The translations under genes were made by a program, and so were the position numbers. A stretch of 63,215 bases of DNA, counting the filler, from Octopus bimaculoides (Eukaryota), in assembly GCF_001194135.2 (NCBI RefSeq). It is 7 parts of 6 records of this genome, joined end to end, with 100 filler letters (N's around TTAATTAATTAA, not from the genome) between each part and the next. Parts side by side here need not be neighbours in the genome. Positions count along the whole stretch, not along the records: positions 1 to 19,623 come from NC_068997.1; positions 19,724 to 30,015 come from NC_068983.1; 5 more parts are not named here. The stretch is one strand, 5' to 3'. Below the pieces are notes generated by a model. It was given only the letters and a program-made list of their open reading frames with translations. It did not search any database and was not told the origin of the DNA. This document shows positions 13,080 to 25,862 of this stretch, in pieces (position 1 is the stretch's first letter; each line of letters begins with the position of its first letter).

Positions 13080-14708
13080 CTGAAACGAAAATTTATTTTG
13101 TAAAATATTTCATATTCATGTTTAACATTATTTTACAAACAATAAAGATGAAAAAAATAAGAAAGAGAAGTGCTACAAGCATAATTCGGTAACAAATACG
13201 ACGATGACCACCACTACATCACCATAAAATTATCCATTGAAATAATGAGGGAGAGCGATAAATTGGAGAGGAATAGAAATGTAGGGAAAAGAAAAGAGAG
13301 GGAGAGGAGGAGTGGGGGTGAGATAAAAAGAGAGGAGCAAAAATAAAAAAAGGAGAAGATGAAGAAAGAAAAAGAAATGGTTTTTGTTTCAAACGAGATA
13401 AAAAGCATCAGTATTTCTTGGAAGAGAAAATTGTAGACACTTCAGGAATGATAGTGAAAGTATTACGTATATAAGGAGCGGGACAAAGAGTGAATGTAGT
13501 GAACCGAAAGGAGGTTTTAATTAATTGAAATTACGCATGTAATATAGAGGGGAAAATCATCTGCTTTAATAATAACTGTTGTCAAGAGATGGAAGGGAGA
13601 GAATTCCGAAATTGAAATTGATTAAGAATGATATAGAAGTAAGTAGTGGGGAGCGAATCTAATTTTTAGTAGATTTGGGGCTAATTCCCGTTAGAGAAAT
13701 ATAGCCGAATCCGTACTTAGCAGATCATAGAATATAATTTTGGCGTGAAAATTCTTCGCTGATTAGGCATTAATTTAAATAAGAAGATGGAAAGTTTTGT
13801 AGGCTTTCCTTCTGTATGCGGAACACAAACTGTACAACCAAAATTATAACGAGAGAGTTGACCACATCTTTTCCGGTGGTTCATTCCTTGCCAAGAGAAA
13901 TAATGTTACCAGACAGGAGTATATGTCCATTGAATCATATATCGCAATTTGGAGTCATGAACGGATAAGAAATGATAAAACATAAAACACGAAACAATAA
14001 CGACCTGACTACAATCAGCAGGGAAATTATAGACAAAGATATCAAGGAAAACTGTACGAATATAATTCGTCAAAGAATGAAACAACAAAACTTGTACACT
14101 GATTGATATTTCAAATTCTTTTTGCCAAAACATTTCCCGGTAAGAGGGGTAGAGACTGTCAATATTCAAGGTCCACGAAGGAATGCATTTGAAAACGATA
14201 TCATTAATAACTGAAACACAAGATATGATAAAATAAATAAGCAAAATCGTAAAAGCTATATCAACGTTATTCTCAGGCCAAATGATAATCCAGGTAAACT
14301 CGGCCCACGCATGACTCTTTCAATTTAATCGTACATCTCAAATAATTACATTCTCTGCATGCAAAACATTCCTTGTATAATCACAGCCAATAAAATATTT
14401 ACAGTTTACACAACGCATACTACAAAGAATCAATGTAACATAACAGGTACTTTAAACTTCAACTATCTAATAAATTAGATAAAATATATCCATATCCCAA
14501 GTGCATTCAACGATATATTCATTTATTTGTAAATGTAAACGCGCGCGCACACGCACACACACACACATTTGCATATGTGTATATAAATGCACATATAAGT
14601 GTGTGTGTGTATATATATTGTACAAAGGATCGTGGGTAAGGCCCAAACAATGCGAAGTAAACGCAAGGTAAATCACAAGAAAACATATGTGAATTAATGT
14701 AGACTTAC

Positions 14709-14734
14709 CTTGCATTCAATATTTCGGGGTTATG
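14709..14734 (-). CDS. Candidate exon 3' end (5' part lost in gap), HNPEILNA
   Basis: Donor AAG|GTAAGT; only one open frame; runs into the N gap. Confidence 0.3.
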
Positions 14735-14873
14735 NNNNNNNNNNNNNNNNNNNNNNNNNNNNNNNNNNNNNNNNNNNNNNNNNNNNNNNNNNNNNNNNNN
14801 NNNNNNNNNNNNNNNNNNNNNNNNNNNNNNNNNNCACACACACACACACACACACACGCACACACACACTTAC

Positions 14874-14899
14874 ATTTCGTTGACCCACGTGTGGAACAG
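14874..14899 (-). CDS. Candidate 26-nt micro-exon
   Basis: Acceptor cctatttttttag, donor AAT|GTAAGT; open frames VPHVGQRN and LFHTWVNE. Confidence 0.35.
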
Positions 14900-14985
14900 C
14901 TAAAAAAATAGGCTTCATTATCGTTGAAGATTGAATCTGTTAAATGACGTTGGTATCGTACACTTATATTCACGACAATGAGTCT

Positions 14986-15115
14986 CTCGACAGTGTCTTA
15001 CTCGACAGTGTCTTACTCGACAGTGTCTTACTCGACAGTGTCTTACTCGACAGTGTCTTACTCGACAGTGTCTTACTCGACAGTGTCTTACTCGACAGTG
15101 TCTTCTTACTCGACA
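14986..15115. repeat. 15-bp minisatellite (CTCGACAGTGTCTTA), about 8.5 units
   Basis: Seven perfect units followed by a slipped partial unit. Confidence 0.95.
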
Positions 15116-15153
15116 TTATGTATAGTTTTGATAGCTATTGCTGGTATGTTTAA

Positions 15154-15664
15154 CCCATTAACTGCCAACGTTTTTATTCATATCTTTTGGCTTTGCCAGA
15201 TCTTAGGAGTTAAAATATTATATGGTATTTAAATTTTTGTCATATGTGAATTATTTTGCAAATTATGATAAAATTTTTCGAAAAGTCCCAAATGGGGATC
15301 GCTGAAAAAAAAAAAAAAGCATACTTAACCTTTTCTAATTAATTGCAACAATAAACATTTTAGTTTTTTTGAAACTATAGTATCAAATGCGAATGTGCAT
15401 GAAACATCAATGAATGATATACATGGAAAATGCAAAAATAAAAAACAGCTAATATTGTCGTAGTTAAAAAATTGTGATTTATGACAAAATGTCCTCTAGA
15501 ATTAGCCAGAGGTAATAGTGATAAACTCTAACTACTCAATATTGTTAAACACACCTCTGCAAATGCAATGATGTACATAAGCAATTCACTTTAAATACAA
15601 TGAACAACTGGCAGTGAGATTGGTTTTAGCAAATCGCCAAATGGGGCTCATGGCAGACAAGGGG
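15154..15664. mobile_element. piggyBac-type MITE
   Basis: TTAA on both sides (15150-15153, 15665-15668); ends CCCATTAACTGCCA / TGGCAGACAAGGGG (11/14 IR); CCC...GGG termini. Confidence 0.7.
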
Positions 15665-16361
15665 TTAAAATCGTCGGTTTCCCCTGAAAGCTGTCACCAA
15701 TTGTTTTGACCATTTGATACTTGATTATGAGGCTGAGATTGAAATAACATAAAGCAAAGTATATTTGAAAAGTAACATCAGATGAAGAAAATATTAAAGA
15801 GTAAATATTAGAATAAAAAAAAATTATAAAGGTCAAAAATGAAATATTGAGAAATGAAATAAAAAAAATTGAAAATAGATATAATTTCAATCACGGAAAT
15901 GAAAATGAGTTTTAAAATGATTTTAAAAAATTTCTGAAACATTAATTATCTAAAATTATAAATCAAATGTTAAAATTTGCAAAAGTGAATATTAAAAATT
16001 AAACTTTATAGTTATAGCTTAAAAAAAACATTTTAAGTTAAAAATCTAAAATTAAGAAAATCGAAAATAGAAGAAAAAAATTCAGACTAAAAAATATAAA
16101 AAATTGAAATCAAGAATAAAAGAATTAAAAACTTAAAAATCTAAAAGTTAAAATAAAAAAAAAGTTAAAAGTTGAAATATTGTATTAAAATTCAAAATTA
16201 GAAAATTCAGAAAGTTAAAATCTAGTGTTATGAGTAAACATGAAATAATAATTACTATCAAAGATGACAATAAAAAATAAAAATGAAGAAAATATAAATA
16301 AAAAATAACATTGAATGACAAGAGCTGGGAAAGGTTAAAAATATTGGAAAACGAATATTTA

Positions 16362-16570
16362 AAGGCGGCGAGTTGGCAGAAACGTTAGCACGCCTGGTGA
16401 AACGCTTAGAGGCATTTCGTCTGTCTTTACGTTCTGAGTTCAAATTCTGCCGAGGTCGATTTATCCTTTCGGGGTCGATAGATTAAGTATTAGTTGCGTA
16501 CTGGGGTTGGTCTGATCGACTGGCCCCCCTCTCCCTCAAAATTTCGGGCCTTGTGCCTAGAGTAGAAAAG
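16362..16570 (+). mobile_element. SINE family A, full length
   Basis: aaggcggcgagttggcagaaacgttagc..gagttcaaattc..ggggtcgata..gccttgtgcc. Confidence 0.85.
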
Positions 16571-16808
16571 AATTTAATTATCCGTAGTCTGATATAATGA
16601 AACTTCCTTCTTCCGGAAGCGTCTCTGTTGTGGTCTCCAGAATTCCGGAAGGAGCTTCGTGAGACCACTGCAGAGACGCTTCCGGAAAAAATTCTGTAAC
16701 CGCTGGAAAACCGATTATAGCAGTAACTCGATCAATTCCTAGCAATATCTGAAGAAGGACATTTTATATTCGGAAATATTATTATATCAGATTACGGATA
16801 ATTAAATT
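16571..16808. mobile_element. Inverted-repeat element with nested IRs
   Basis: 28-bp terminal IR (16571-16598 / 16781-16808, 1 mismatch); perfect 17-bp inner IR (16611-16627 / 16671-16687). Confidence 0.75.
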
Positions 16809-17689
16809 ATAACAGTTATTATAGTCCACTCAGCATTGTTGTGCCATTCTGGACACGTTATATTTTACAAACAATACACAATGTTTCAAGCGAACTACAA
16901 TACTCTCCTAAAAGTGCATTAGAAAGAGAAAGTACATTAGCAGCGGACTCAACAGCAATATCAAAAGAACCTAAACACGACTGTTTCCAAAACACTTCAG
17001 TTCTGATTATGTCCGGAAAATCCTTCTCGTTTTCAGAACCAGGACGCGACAGGGTAGAAGTTGGGAACTTATACTCAATAATACCACCACTTAGTGTTAG
17101 TATGATGAAGAACGAAGTCAAAGACGGGTTAGTAAGATAAGAAAGAGGACAAAAAGGGACGTAAGTGAGGAAACGGACTTCAGCAAAACTTATCTAAAAA
17201 ATACAGGGCAGAGCATATCTCCCTAGAATGCTAGGAATTCGCGGTTGTTCACATCCCAGAGGAATTCAGATGGATCTGCATCTTTTTTTAATTACATTTT
17301 GTGTTTATATAATATTCTTTTAATTATTTCATATAATTTCATATAATTTCCACAATTCACACTTACACTACAGTATATTAGATTTCTGCTCTTATTTTGC
17401 CTATTTGCATTTGTAAACATTTGCGTTGATATAATGACCACTATGTATAAAATGATATACACCCCAATGTTTGTGCTTGCATTTAGATACTGTGAAGTTT
17501 TTAATCAGTTATTTAGAATAAACTTTACTAACAACTGTTTCAAAGATTTTTGTTGTATAAGTACATACATAAACAGATGCATGTATTCATACATATTGAG
17601 AGATGAGGAACGGAAATATTACCATTAAGAAAGCCCCCTCTCAAATCTGGAACGAAAAGAGGAATCTCAACCTCAATGCATCGTGACTA

Positions 17690-18286
17690 AATGCAGTAAA
17701 GAGAGAATACTGTACCAGCATCAACAGTGAAACTTATGCAATTGATCAGGAAATTTTCACCACAGCTCTAGGTAAACCACATAATGATAAGGCGCCTGGC
17801 AGGGACTTAATAGTTGGAAACTGGCACGAGAGGATGACATTTTATAGGAAACCACTAATAAGTATATTGAAAAGTACTATGGAAGGTCAGATTGATAAAC
17901 CAGATTGGCTTACCATAGTAACCAAGAATGAAACCACCGAGTTGCATGGAAATTGCTTGCTTAAATGTTATGCACAAACTGTACACAAGCTACCGCATTT
18001 GATTCCTCCAGGATCATTGAGTCCAGTCCAACAGCATATTAACTGATGAGCTGGCCGGTGGAAAGAAGGGAGTTTGAGAATGTGCTGAACAACTTCTGAT
18101 AAGCAAAGATGTACTATCTGAGGTAAAAAAAAAAAGCCTTACAACAGTCTGGCTTGATTATAGGAAGGCATTTGACTCTATTCACCACTCATGGCTGCTG
18201 ATGAGTTTACATTTGACAGGCGTGCCTGCTACCATAACTAGTACCATTGAGAGGGTCACAAAGACCTAGGCCACAATTCTTATACT

Positions 18287-18355
<69 letters not shown>

Positions 18356-19040
18356 CGATCGTCTCCAATGCCATAAATATTTCAAAGGGAATATTCCAAG
18401 GGGAAACTCTGTACTTCTGTTCATTTTGGCGTTAAATCCATTATCGTTCCTGATACTAAAAGCAAAAGGCTACATTCTAGGGTTTGAAACTGCAAGAGAT
18501 GTTAATGTAATCCATAATTTCTTTGTGAACAAACTCAAAATTTATACTAAAATTTTAACAATACCAAAAACTAACTGGAATTAATAACATTCTCAGCTGA
18601 CAGGAATGGAATTTGACCAGAAGGAATGCTCTTACTTAATTGCTGAACGGGGAAAAACCAGCCCCCACCCCAGACACAAAACTTGTGTATCAATGGGTCT
18701 CACCATCTTTCCTGTCCTCACACAAAGAATGCTACAAGTATCTTGGCATTGATGAAAACATATTATACCAAGGTACTGTGAATAAAGATAGAGTGACCCA
18801 AGAATATTACACCAGACTAAAAAAAATACAAGACAATATTCCACAATGCATTTGCAGTGCCAGTGTTGATTCCAACATTGGGGATACTCGACTAGTCTGT
18901 GGAAGACATCTAATCCATAGACATTAAAACCCGCAAGGTTCTAACAACAGCTGGAAATCTCTACAAAACTAGTGATATCGATAGGCTCTACCTCAGAAGA
19001 GATACAGAGAAAGGGTTGACGTTATAGCCTTATCCTCAGT
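17690..19040 (+). mobile_element. R4/Dong-clade RT fragment with deletions and a (GA)n insertion
   Basis: KAPGRDLIVGNW, DYRKAFDSIHHSWL, KGIFQGETL, CYKYLGIDEN, DIDRLYLRR; (GA)n at 18292-18351. Confidence 0.75.
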
Positions 19041-19054
19041 GTAAAAGTGGACAG

Positions 19055-19497
19055 TTGAATTTAGGAGGGGAAGAGAGAGTCTTGAAGATAGCTCAAGTTC
19101 TGGACGACCTGCAACTGTGACTACCAAGGAAAACATTGGTCGTGTTCACCACATGCTGATGGATGACAGGCGATTGACTGTAAATCAAACAGCTAATGCT
19201 GTTAGCATATCCCGTGGGAGTGTTGCGAATATTCTTCACAATGAGATTGGCATGACGAAGGTTTCTGGTGCCAGTATCGCTGTGACGATGACACCACATC
19301 TGCTGTTGATGGATTGTTTTTGACCAACAGGATGAAAGCTCCTTCCTGATGTGGGATCCAAGTACTGCAACACCAATGAAAGAAGTGCATGGAGCGCAAG
19401 GATAGGGGAGGGTGCGTGTTGAAAAATAAATCTCATTTGGTCACACTCCATGAAAGTATCTTGGTCAGCCTATGAACTTTTCAGGTGACCCTAGTAT
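19055..19497 (+). mobile_element. mariner transposon deletion derivative
   Basis: EFRRGRESLED..SGRPAT..MDDRRLTVNQTANAVSISRGSVANILHNEIGMTKVS (mariner second HTH); mariner-like 3' end cctatgaacttttcaggtgaccctag|ta. Confidence 0.85.
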
Positions 19498-19623
19498 CAT
19501 TGGTTTGTCCCATTATTTTGATAAAACAGTCGGTATTTTTTACAACATGTGTATGGAACATTGAATTATACAAACATACAAACATACAGACGTAGAAATA
19601 TACGTACATGTATATATATATAT

Positions 19624-19723
19624 NNNNNNNNNNNNNNNNNNNNNNNNNNNNNNNNNNNNNNNNNNNNTTAATTAATTAANNNNNNNNNNNNNNNNNNNNN
19701 NNNNNNNNNNNNNNNNNNNNNNN
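19624..19723. other. Artificial scaffold linker (44 N + TTAATTAATTAA + 44 N); also at 30016, 37160, 42421, 58923, 61129
   Basis: Identical 100-bp structure six times; the 12-mer places stops in all six frames. Confidence 0.95.
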
Positions 19724-19869
19724 GTGTGTGTGTTTGTGTGTGTATTTATGTTCAAGTATGAATTTATGAATATTTGTGTGCGTGCATATCTGTTCACTCC
19801 AATTTTAAATTGAAGCTATGCCCATGTGGGAATAGAGGCATAACATTAACGCACACGCATACGCTCTCC

Positions 19870-19953
<84 letters not shown>

Positions 19954-20242
19954 TACATACGTACAAACAGACAGACGGACAAACTCTCAAACATATACAC
20001 ATACACACATAGATATATATACTTATATACATAAACTTATGTAAAGTTTTACATACATGCACTTGTACATACATGATAAATGCGCAATATGTCTTGCATT
20101 TCTAACATTAAAGCAATACTATTTTGCCGAATCTATATTCATACATAAGTACATATGTACGTACATACGCACGCATGTACGTACGAATGTATATAAATAT
20201 ATACATATATGTATGTACACACACATTTACATTTGCATATAC

Positions 20243-20278
<36 letters not shown>

Positions 20279-21721
20279 NNNNNNNNNNNNNNNNNNNNNN
20301 NNNNNNNNNNNNNNNNNNNNNNNNNNNNNNNNNNNNNNNNNNNNNNNNNNNNNNNNNNNNNNNNNNNNNNNNNNNNNNNNNNNNNNNNNNNNNNNNNNNN
20401 NNNNNNNNNNNNNNNNNNNNNNNNNNNNNNNNNNNNNNNNNNNNNNNNNNNNNNNNNNNNNNNNNNNNNNNNNNNNNNNNNNNNNNNNNNNNNNNNNNNN
20501 NNNNNNNNNNNNNNNNNNNNNNNNNNNNNNNNNNNNNNNNNNNNNNNNNNNNNNNNNNNNNNNNNNNNNNNNNNNNNNNNNNNNNNNNNNNNNNNNNNNN
20601 NNNNNNNNNNNNNNNNNNNNNNNNNNNNNNNNNNNNNNNNNNNNNNNNNNNNNNNNNNNNNNNNNNNNNNNNNNNNNNNNNNNNNNNNNNNNNNNNNNNN
20701 NNNNNNNNNNNNNNNNNNNNNNNNNNNNNNNNNNNNNNNNNNNNNNNNNNNNNNNNNNNNNNNNNNNNNNNNNNNNNNNNNNNNNNNNNNNNNNNNNNNN
20801 NNNNNNNNNNNNNNNNNNNNNNNNNNNNNNNNNNNNNNNNNNNNNNNNNNNNNNNNNNNNNNNNNNNNNNNNNNNNNNATTTGTATACATACAAGCATAT
20901 ATGGGTACAGGACATCACAAAAAACGTTAAACACAATGAGAAACGAAAGCAAAGACGAAGACAGAAAACGAACTTTTTTACGAACAACGAAAAGAAACAA
21001 AAAAAAACAGAGACATGCAACATAAAGAAAATTTCCCTTCTTCAGTTGTCCCTGCTCCATCTACTCCGCGTTCGAAGGCAAGGACAATATGCGCGACTTC
21101 GTTGGAACAGTCCTTTCCGCAAAAGCAAATTAATTAAATTTGGAATTTTTTACAGAGGGTGAAAGTGTAAATAAGAACAGGACAATGAGAACAAGACAGT
21201 AAAAGACAGCAAAAACAAGACAGAACAGTGAAAACAAACGGTAAGGGCTGTTAAGCCAAGACGATAGAAAAATTATTATTTTGAACGCAAAGTTAGATGT
21301 GAATGAGAGACAAAAAAATTCACGTCTTCTCTATAGGAAGGCAGGAAGCAGAAAGGAAGATATACATATCTGTTTTCTGCAGGAAAAGGGCTAAGGTAGT
21401 CCTCCTTAATTCAATTCTTATGATCCCTGCCAAACTGCAGGTGATCTTGGATGCTACCAGCGGAAAAAATAATCCTGCTTCTTCACCAAGTTTCATAATG
21501 TACAAAACATAAGACAGGCACCAAAAAGAATTTTAAAAGAAAAAAATAAGACCTATAAGTAAACAAACCTTGTAGCAATCAAAGAGTGTATTCCACATTA
21601 CTCTGAGATACATTTTCGAGAGATTTACTTCGGAGCGTGTCTTAGAGAGAATTACACCAATTCCAAGCCGGTAGAATTTCAGCTTCCACAGACTGACCGA
21701 CAAATGACATAATGGTTTTGA

Positions 21722-22195
21722 AATTTGGCAGAAGGCCAGCAATTGTAGGTAAGTGGGTATGTCGGTTACATCGACTCCAGTGCTCAACTGATATTTTGTC
21801 GACCTCGACGGGATTTAAACTTAGAATATAAAGAGCCGGAAGAAATACTGCTAGGCATTTTGTTCGATACGCTAACGATTTTGCCCTCTCATCACCCTAG
21901 GCAAATGAAATAAGCCTTTCTACTATAGGTACAAACCCTGAATTTTTANNNNNNNNNNNNNNNNNNNNNNNNNNNNNNNNNNNNNNNNNNNNNNNNNNNN
22001 NNNNNNNNNNNNNNNNNNNNNNNNNNNNNNNNNNNNNNNGTGTTCGACTCGTACTCATTTTATCCAGTCTGAAACGGTAAAAGATAAAGTTAACCTCGGC
22101 GGGATTTGAATATAGATTTTGAAAAGCTGGAAGAAATGTTATTAAGCATTTTGTTTGACAGTCTAACAATTCTGTCCGCTTGCCGTCTTGAGCAA
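21722..22195 (-). mobile_element. Two degenerate SINE family A copies around a gap
   Basis: gtcgacctcgacgggatttaaac.. and gttaacctcggcgggatttgaa.. match reverse family A. Confidence 0.7.
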
Positions 22196-23660
22196 AGGAA
22201 ATAATGCAATGAATTTTGATATTAAATCTATTTTGACTTATCTTTGCGACGAGTAAAGTGATAGAGTTACTGGTCCTAGATTTCTGTTGGGATTTTTGTT
22301 GCTGTTGTTTAACCATAGGTCGTGATTATCCCATATTATCCGTATACAATGCATCAAGGACCACATTATTCAATGTGAAAGGTCATTTTCAAAGACAGTT
22401 GAGTGCGATTTGAAGGAGATTTGAATTCTTTTCCATGAGGTTGGGCGGATCACAAACAAGCTCTCCTTGACTTGTCGAAAACTGATGTTTAATGTTCTTA
22501 CGATGCGAAGTAATGATCTGTTGTGATATGTAAATTAGGGTAATATACAATATACAATATTGTATACAAGAATGTGGGAACAGTAGGCCGATTGAATGAA
22601 TTATCTGCTCCTGAATTAACATGTAAATGGCTGAACGTTACACAGACATGTGTACCCTTAATGTATTTCTCAGGTGTGATCAGATGACACAATTTGTAAG
22701 AAGACTTACCTTTTGAATTACAGGTGCAATCTGCCTTACGGGCTTCTGTACAGTTTCCATCTACTGAATTTCACTCACAAGTTACGAGTCGACTGCAGGC
22801 TATAGGATATAACATCTGTGCAAGATGCCACGCAATGGGATAGAACCTCATGGCTGTGAAGTGAGCTTCTTAACCAATCGGCCTACTGCGCCTACACCCC
22901 TGTATCTGACATGATTTTGTAATTCCTTATCATCACGTTTCATCACTATCGTGTCAGATAACTCATACACCATTGCCCGGATCCTCTGCAAGTTATATAT
23001 ACAATAGTGATTGATAAGTCACCGATCCTGAACAAATCATCTACTCCATTTGTATTCTTTCTGCACGGACACGTTTATATAGCACGTTGATGCTGTGATC
23101 CAAAAACGATGCAGGTAAGGCTTGTATTAGAAACCGTTCCTCTGCACTTCAAGGATATATCTACTTCACAAAACACTCCACAGCAAACGTGGCAAATAAA
23201 AGTGGGATAACGAAACAGTATGGCGGGTCCAACTGTGTATTTATTTCTGCCGTAAATGAGGAGAGCACGTCTTTTCACTTGAGACGTGATTTATGAGCAG
23301 AGAAATGGATTTGAGGTCAAAAGACGCAGGTGACGCCATGTGATAGCTATTATGGGAGCTTGACGTTATTAGAAGAGGAGAAAATAATAGTGAAAGAAAT
23401 TTCCTGGATTAAAATTGCTGATTCAGGAGTTATTGCAAGAAGCAGACGACAACTAACAACCCGCTTGTTGTTTCGAGATACTGGTAATATTGAATCGTCC
23501 GTTTCTTTCACTTTACAACGCTTTTTTTCTTCTTTTTTTGAAAAGGAGTTTATCCAAACTATATTATATAGATGGTGTCTTGTTAACTAATCATCTAGAA
23601 ACTGTTTTCAAACATACCTTACAAAAAACTAAACCTTCCCAAAGAGAGTATGTGTAAGTA

Positions 23661-23707
<47 letters not shown>

Positions 23708-23835
23708 NNNNNNNNNNNNNNNNNNNNNNNNNNNNNNNNNNNNNNNNNNNNNNNNNNNNNNNNNNNNNNNNNNNNNNNNNTGTGTGTGTGTGTGTGTGTG
23801 TGCACGGGTGCGTGTATGTGTGTGTGTGTGCGTGC

Positions 23836-23875
<40 letters not shown>

Positions 23876-24752
23876 ATGTGTGTATGCATGCGTGCATGTG
23901 TTCTTTCTTGCTTAGTACTGACACTTCAAATTTTGCGCTCAGCACTTTAAGTTAATACAACATGCGTTACGGAGCTCTCGTTTACCACAAGGTCGAACCG
24001 AATATATTGATTCATTCACACTCATTCACAATTTTGGTATTTAAAACATTAAGTTGAACTTAATTAATTAAAAATAGAAATGCACCACTAATATACTGTG
24101 CCATAATACATTTGTGATAAGTGTGACTTTAACCATGTATATAAAAATAGTATATTGTTATTGAAGAGTTATGATGTAAAACACGCCGAGTAGGTATCAT
24201 CTATATGCACTGTATTTTGGTACGTAGCGGTATGCCGATACCGGGTAGATATGTTACTGTTGGTAATATAACATAATTATGAGATATAAATTGATTTCAC
24301 TTAGATACAAATAAAAGAGAAAGTGTAAATATTTATGAGAGCTACGCGGTCTTATTTATGGGTTTTGTTATTTACTAGGACGTGTGTTTTGATGCATAGA
24401 ATTGGTAATATTACTGTAATTCATTGTATTTTTGTTTTTATTCGCTTAGAGATCAATTGGGATTCTGCTGCTGATATGGTACTTCGGGTCCTAGTTTGAA
24501 TTTCAGCCCCTCAAAAATAGTATCCATGTAACAGTCGACCCAATAAATTTGGCCTCAAAACATGGTCTAAAAATTTCGACTTTTACACGAATATATATGG
24601 TGTGTGTGTGTGTGGTACTGGAACTGAACGAGTATTGTGTACTGTGGCCTCGGTGTGAGTGACGTCAATAAATCAACTAGCTAACACTATACAGAATTGG
24701 CCTGCTGCGACTCTCACTAAACGATTATCTTTTGAAAACTGTACAAATTTAC

Positions 24753-24776
24753 CTGAATGAATTTGAGGTTCTGTGA
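24753..24776 (-). CDS. Candidate 24-nt micro-exon
   Basis: Acceptor gtttctgtttctacatag, donor CAG|GTAAAT; all three frames open. Confidence 0.3.
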
Positions 24777-25657
24777 CTATGTAGAAACAGAAACATCACA
24801 TTAACGAATTTGATAACAGTAATTTGAAAGACGGCTGTTTCGATTCGCTTATTTTCTTCTCTACCTAGATCCAATGCTTTGACGAAGAGGAAGAGATAGT
24901 GACGGTAATACTTCTCCATTAATGTACATAGGCTGGAGATGAACGCTGGAATTGTGCCCAAATTAATTGAGTTGATACTTCTGCCTTTCCACTCGACCTA
25001 CTGCGACCCCTAAACACCCAAACTGAAAGCGATAACAAGACAAAGTCTTTGGAAGTTAGTTTACTGCTGAGATTTCGCCACATTAAATTGCTTTCTACAA
25101 CCAGTTCGCTTTATTACTTCTGTTCTGGTGATTTGAGTAAATATAATTAATAAATATTTATTGATTTCGTTCGTTGCCTTTGATCTTCTGCCTGTTGTAG
25201 TGATTAGTACACACTAATGCCAGATATCTGTACTTACCATTCTAATGTACAGTTCCGACTGTTTGCACACTTGTTACGCTTGATAACTTTAACAGTAAAA
25301 TATTATCCGTTTTCAAGGAAGATCTTTTACTGTGTGAAATATTAGTGTGTATGTGTGCGTGCGTGTGCGCGCTTGGTTATATATATATATATTTTTTTTT
25401 TTGCCATATATTGATCAGTAATTCCACACCACCCTCGGGACAGGAAAATCTGTAACATCTTAGAAACAATTTGAGAGCGAGTGACAATATATTTGGATAG
25501 AATATTAAAGCCTGTGTCACTGAATAGGTGAGTTGACATGAATATCATAATATAATAAATTTAGTTGACAATACAATGAGATTCATATAATCTATCCGAT
25601 CGGATGTTTAACTTCACTTTTTTTATTCCAAACTTTACTAATTATTGATATTAAATT

Positions 25658-25862
25658 TTGGCACAAGGCCAGCAATTTCGGGGGAAGGGGCTAAGTCGAT
25701 TATATCGACCCCCCAGTGCTCAACTGGAACGTATTCTATCGACACCGAAAGGATGAAAGACAATGTCGACCTCGGCGGAATTTGAACTCAGAACGTAAAG
25801 ATGGACGAAATGCCGCTAAGCATTTGTCCGGGGTGCTAACCATTGTACCAGCTCGCTGCCCT
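25658..25862 (-). mobile_element. SINE family A
   Basis: ggcacaaggccagcaatttcg..gtcgacctcggcggaatttgaactcagaacg..ccagctcgctgcc. Confidence 0.85.

Noticed and set aside
13900-14250. 112-aa minus ORF
   Set aside because: Looks like the antisense of a decayed plus-strand coding remnant; family not identifiable.
14986-15115. CRISPR-like array
   Set aside because: No spacers; simple tandem repeat in a eukaryotic context.
18040-18070. CTGATGAG..GGAAA hammerhead-like string
   Set aside because: No convincing stem II or stem I; lies within an R4 RT remnant.
22704-22735. AAG|GTAAGT donor on the minus strand
   Set aside because: Lies inside a degenerate SINE and has no acceptor.
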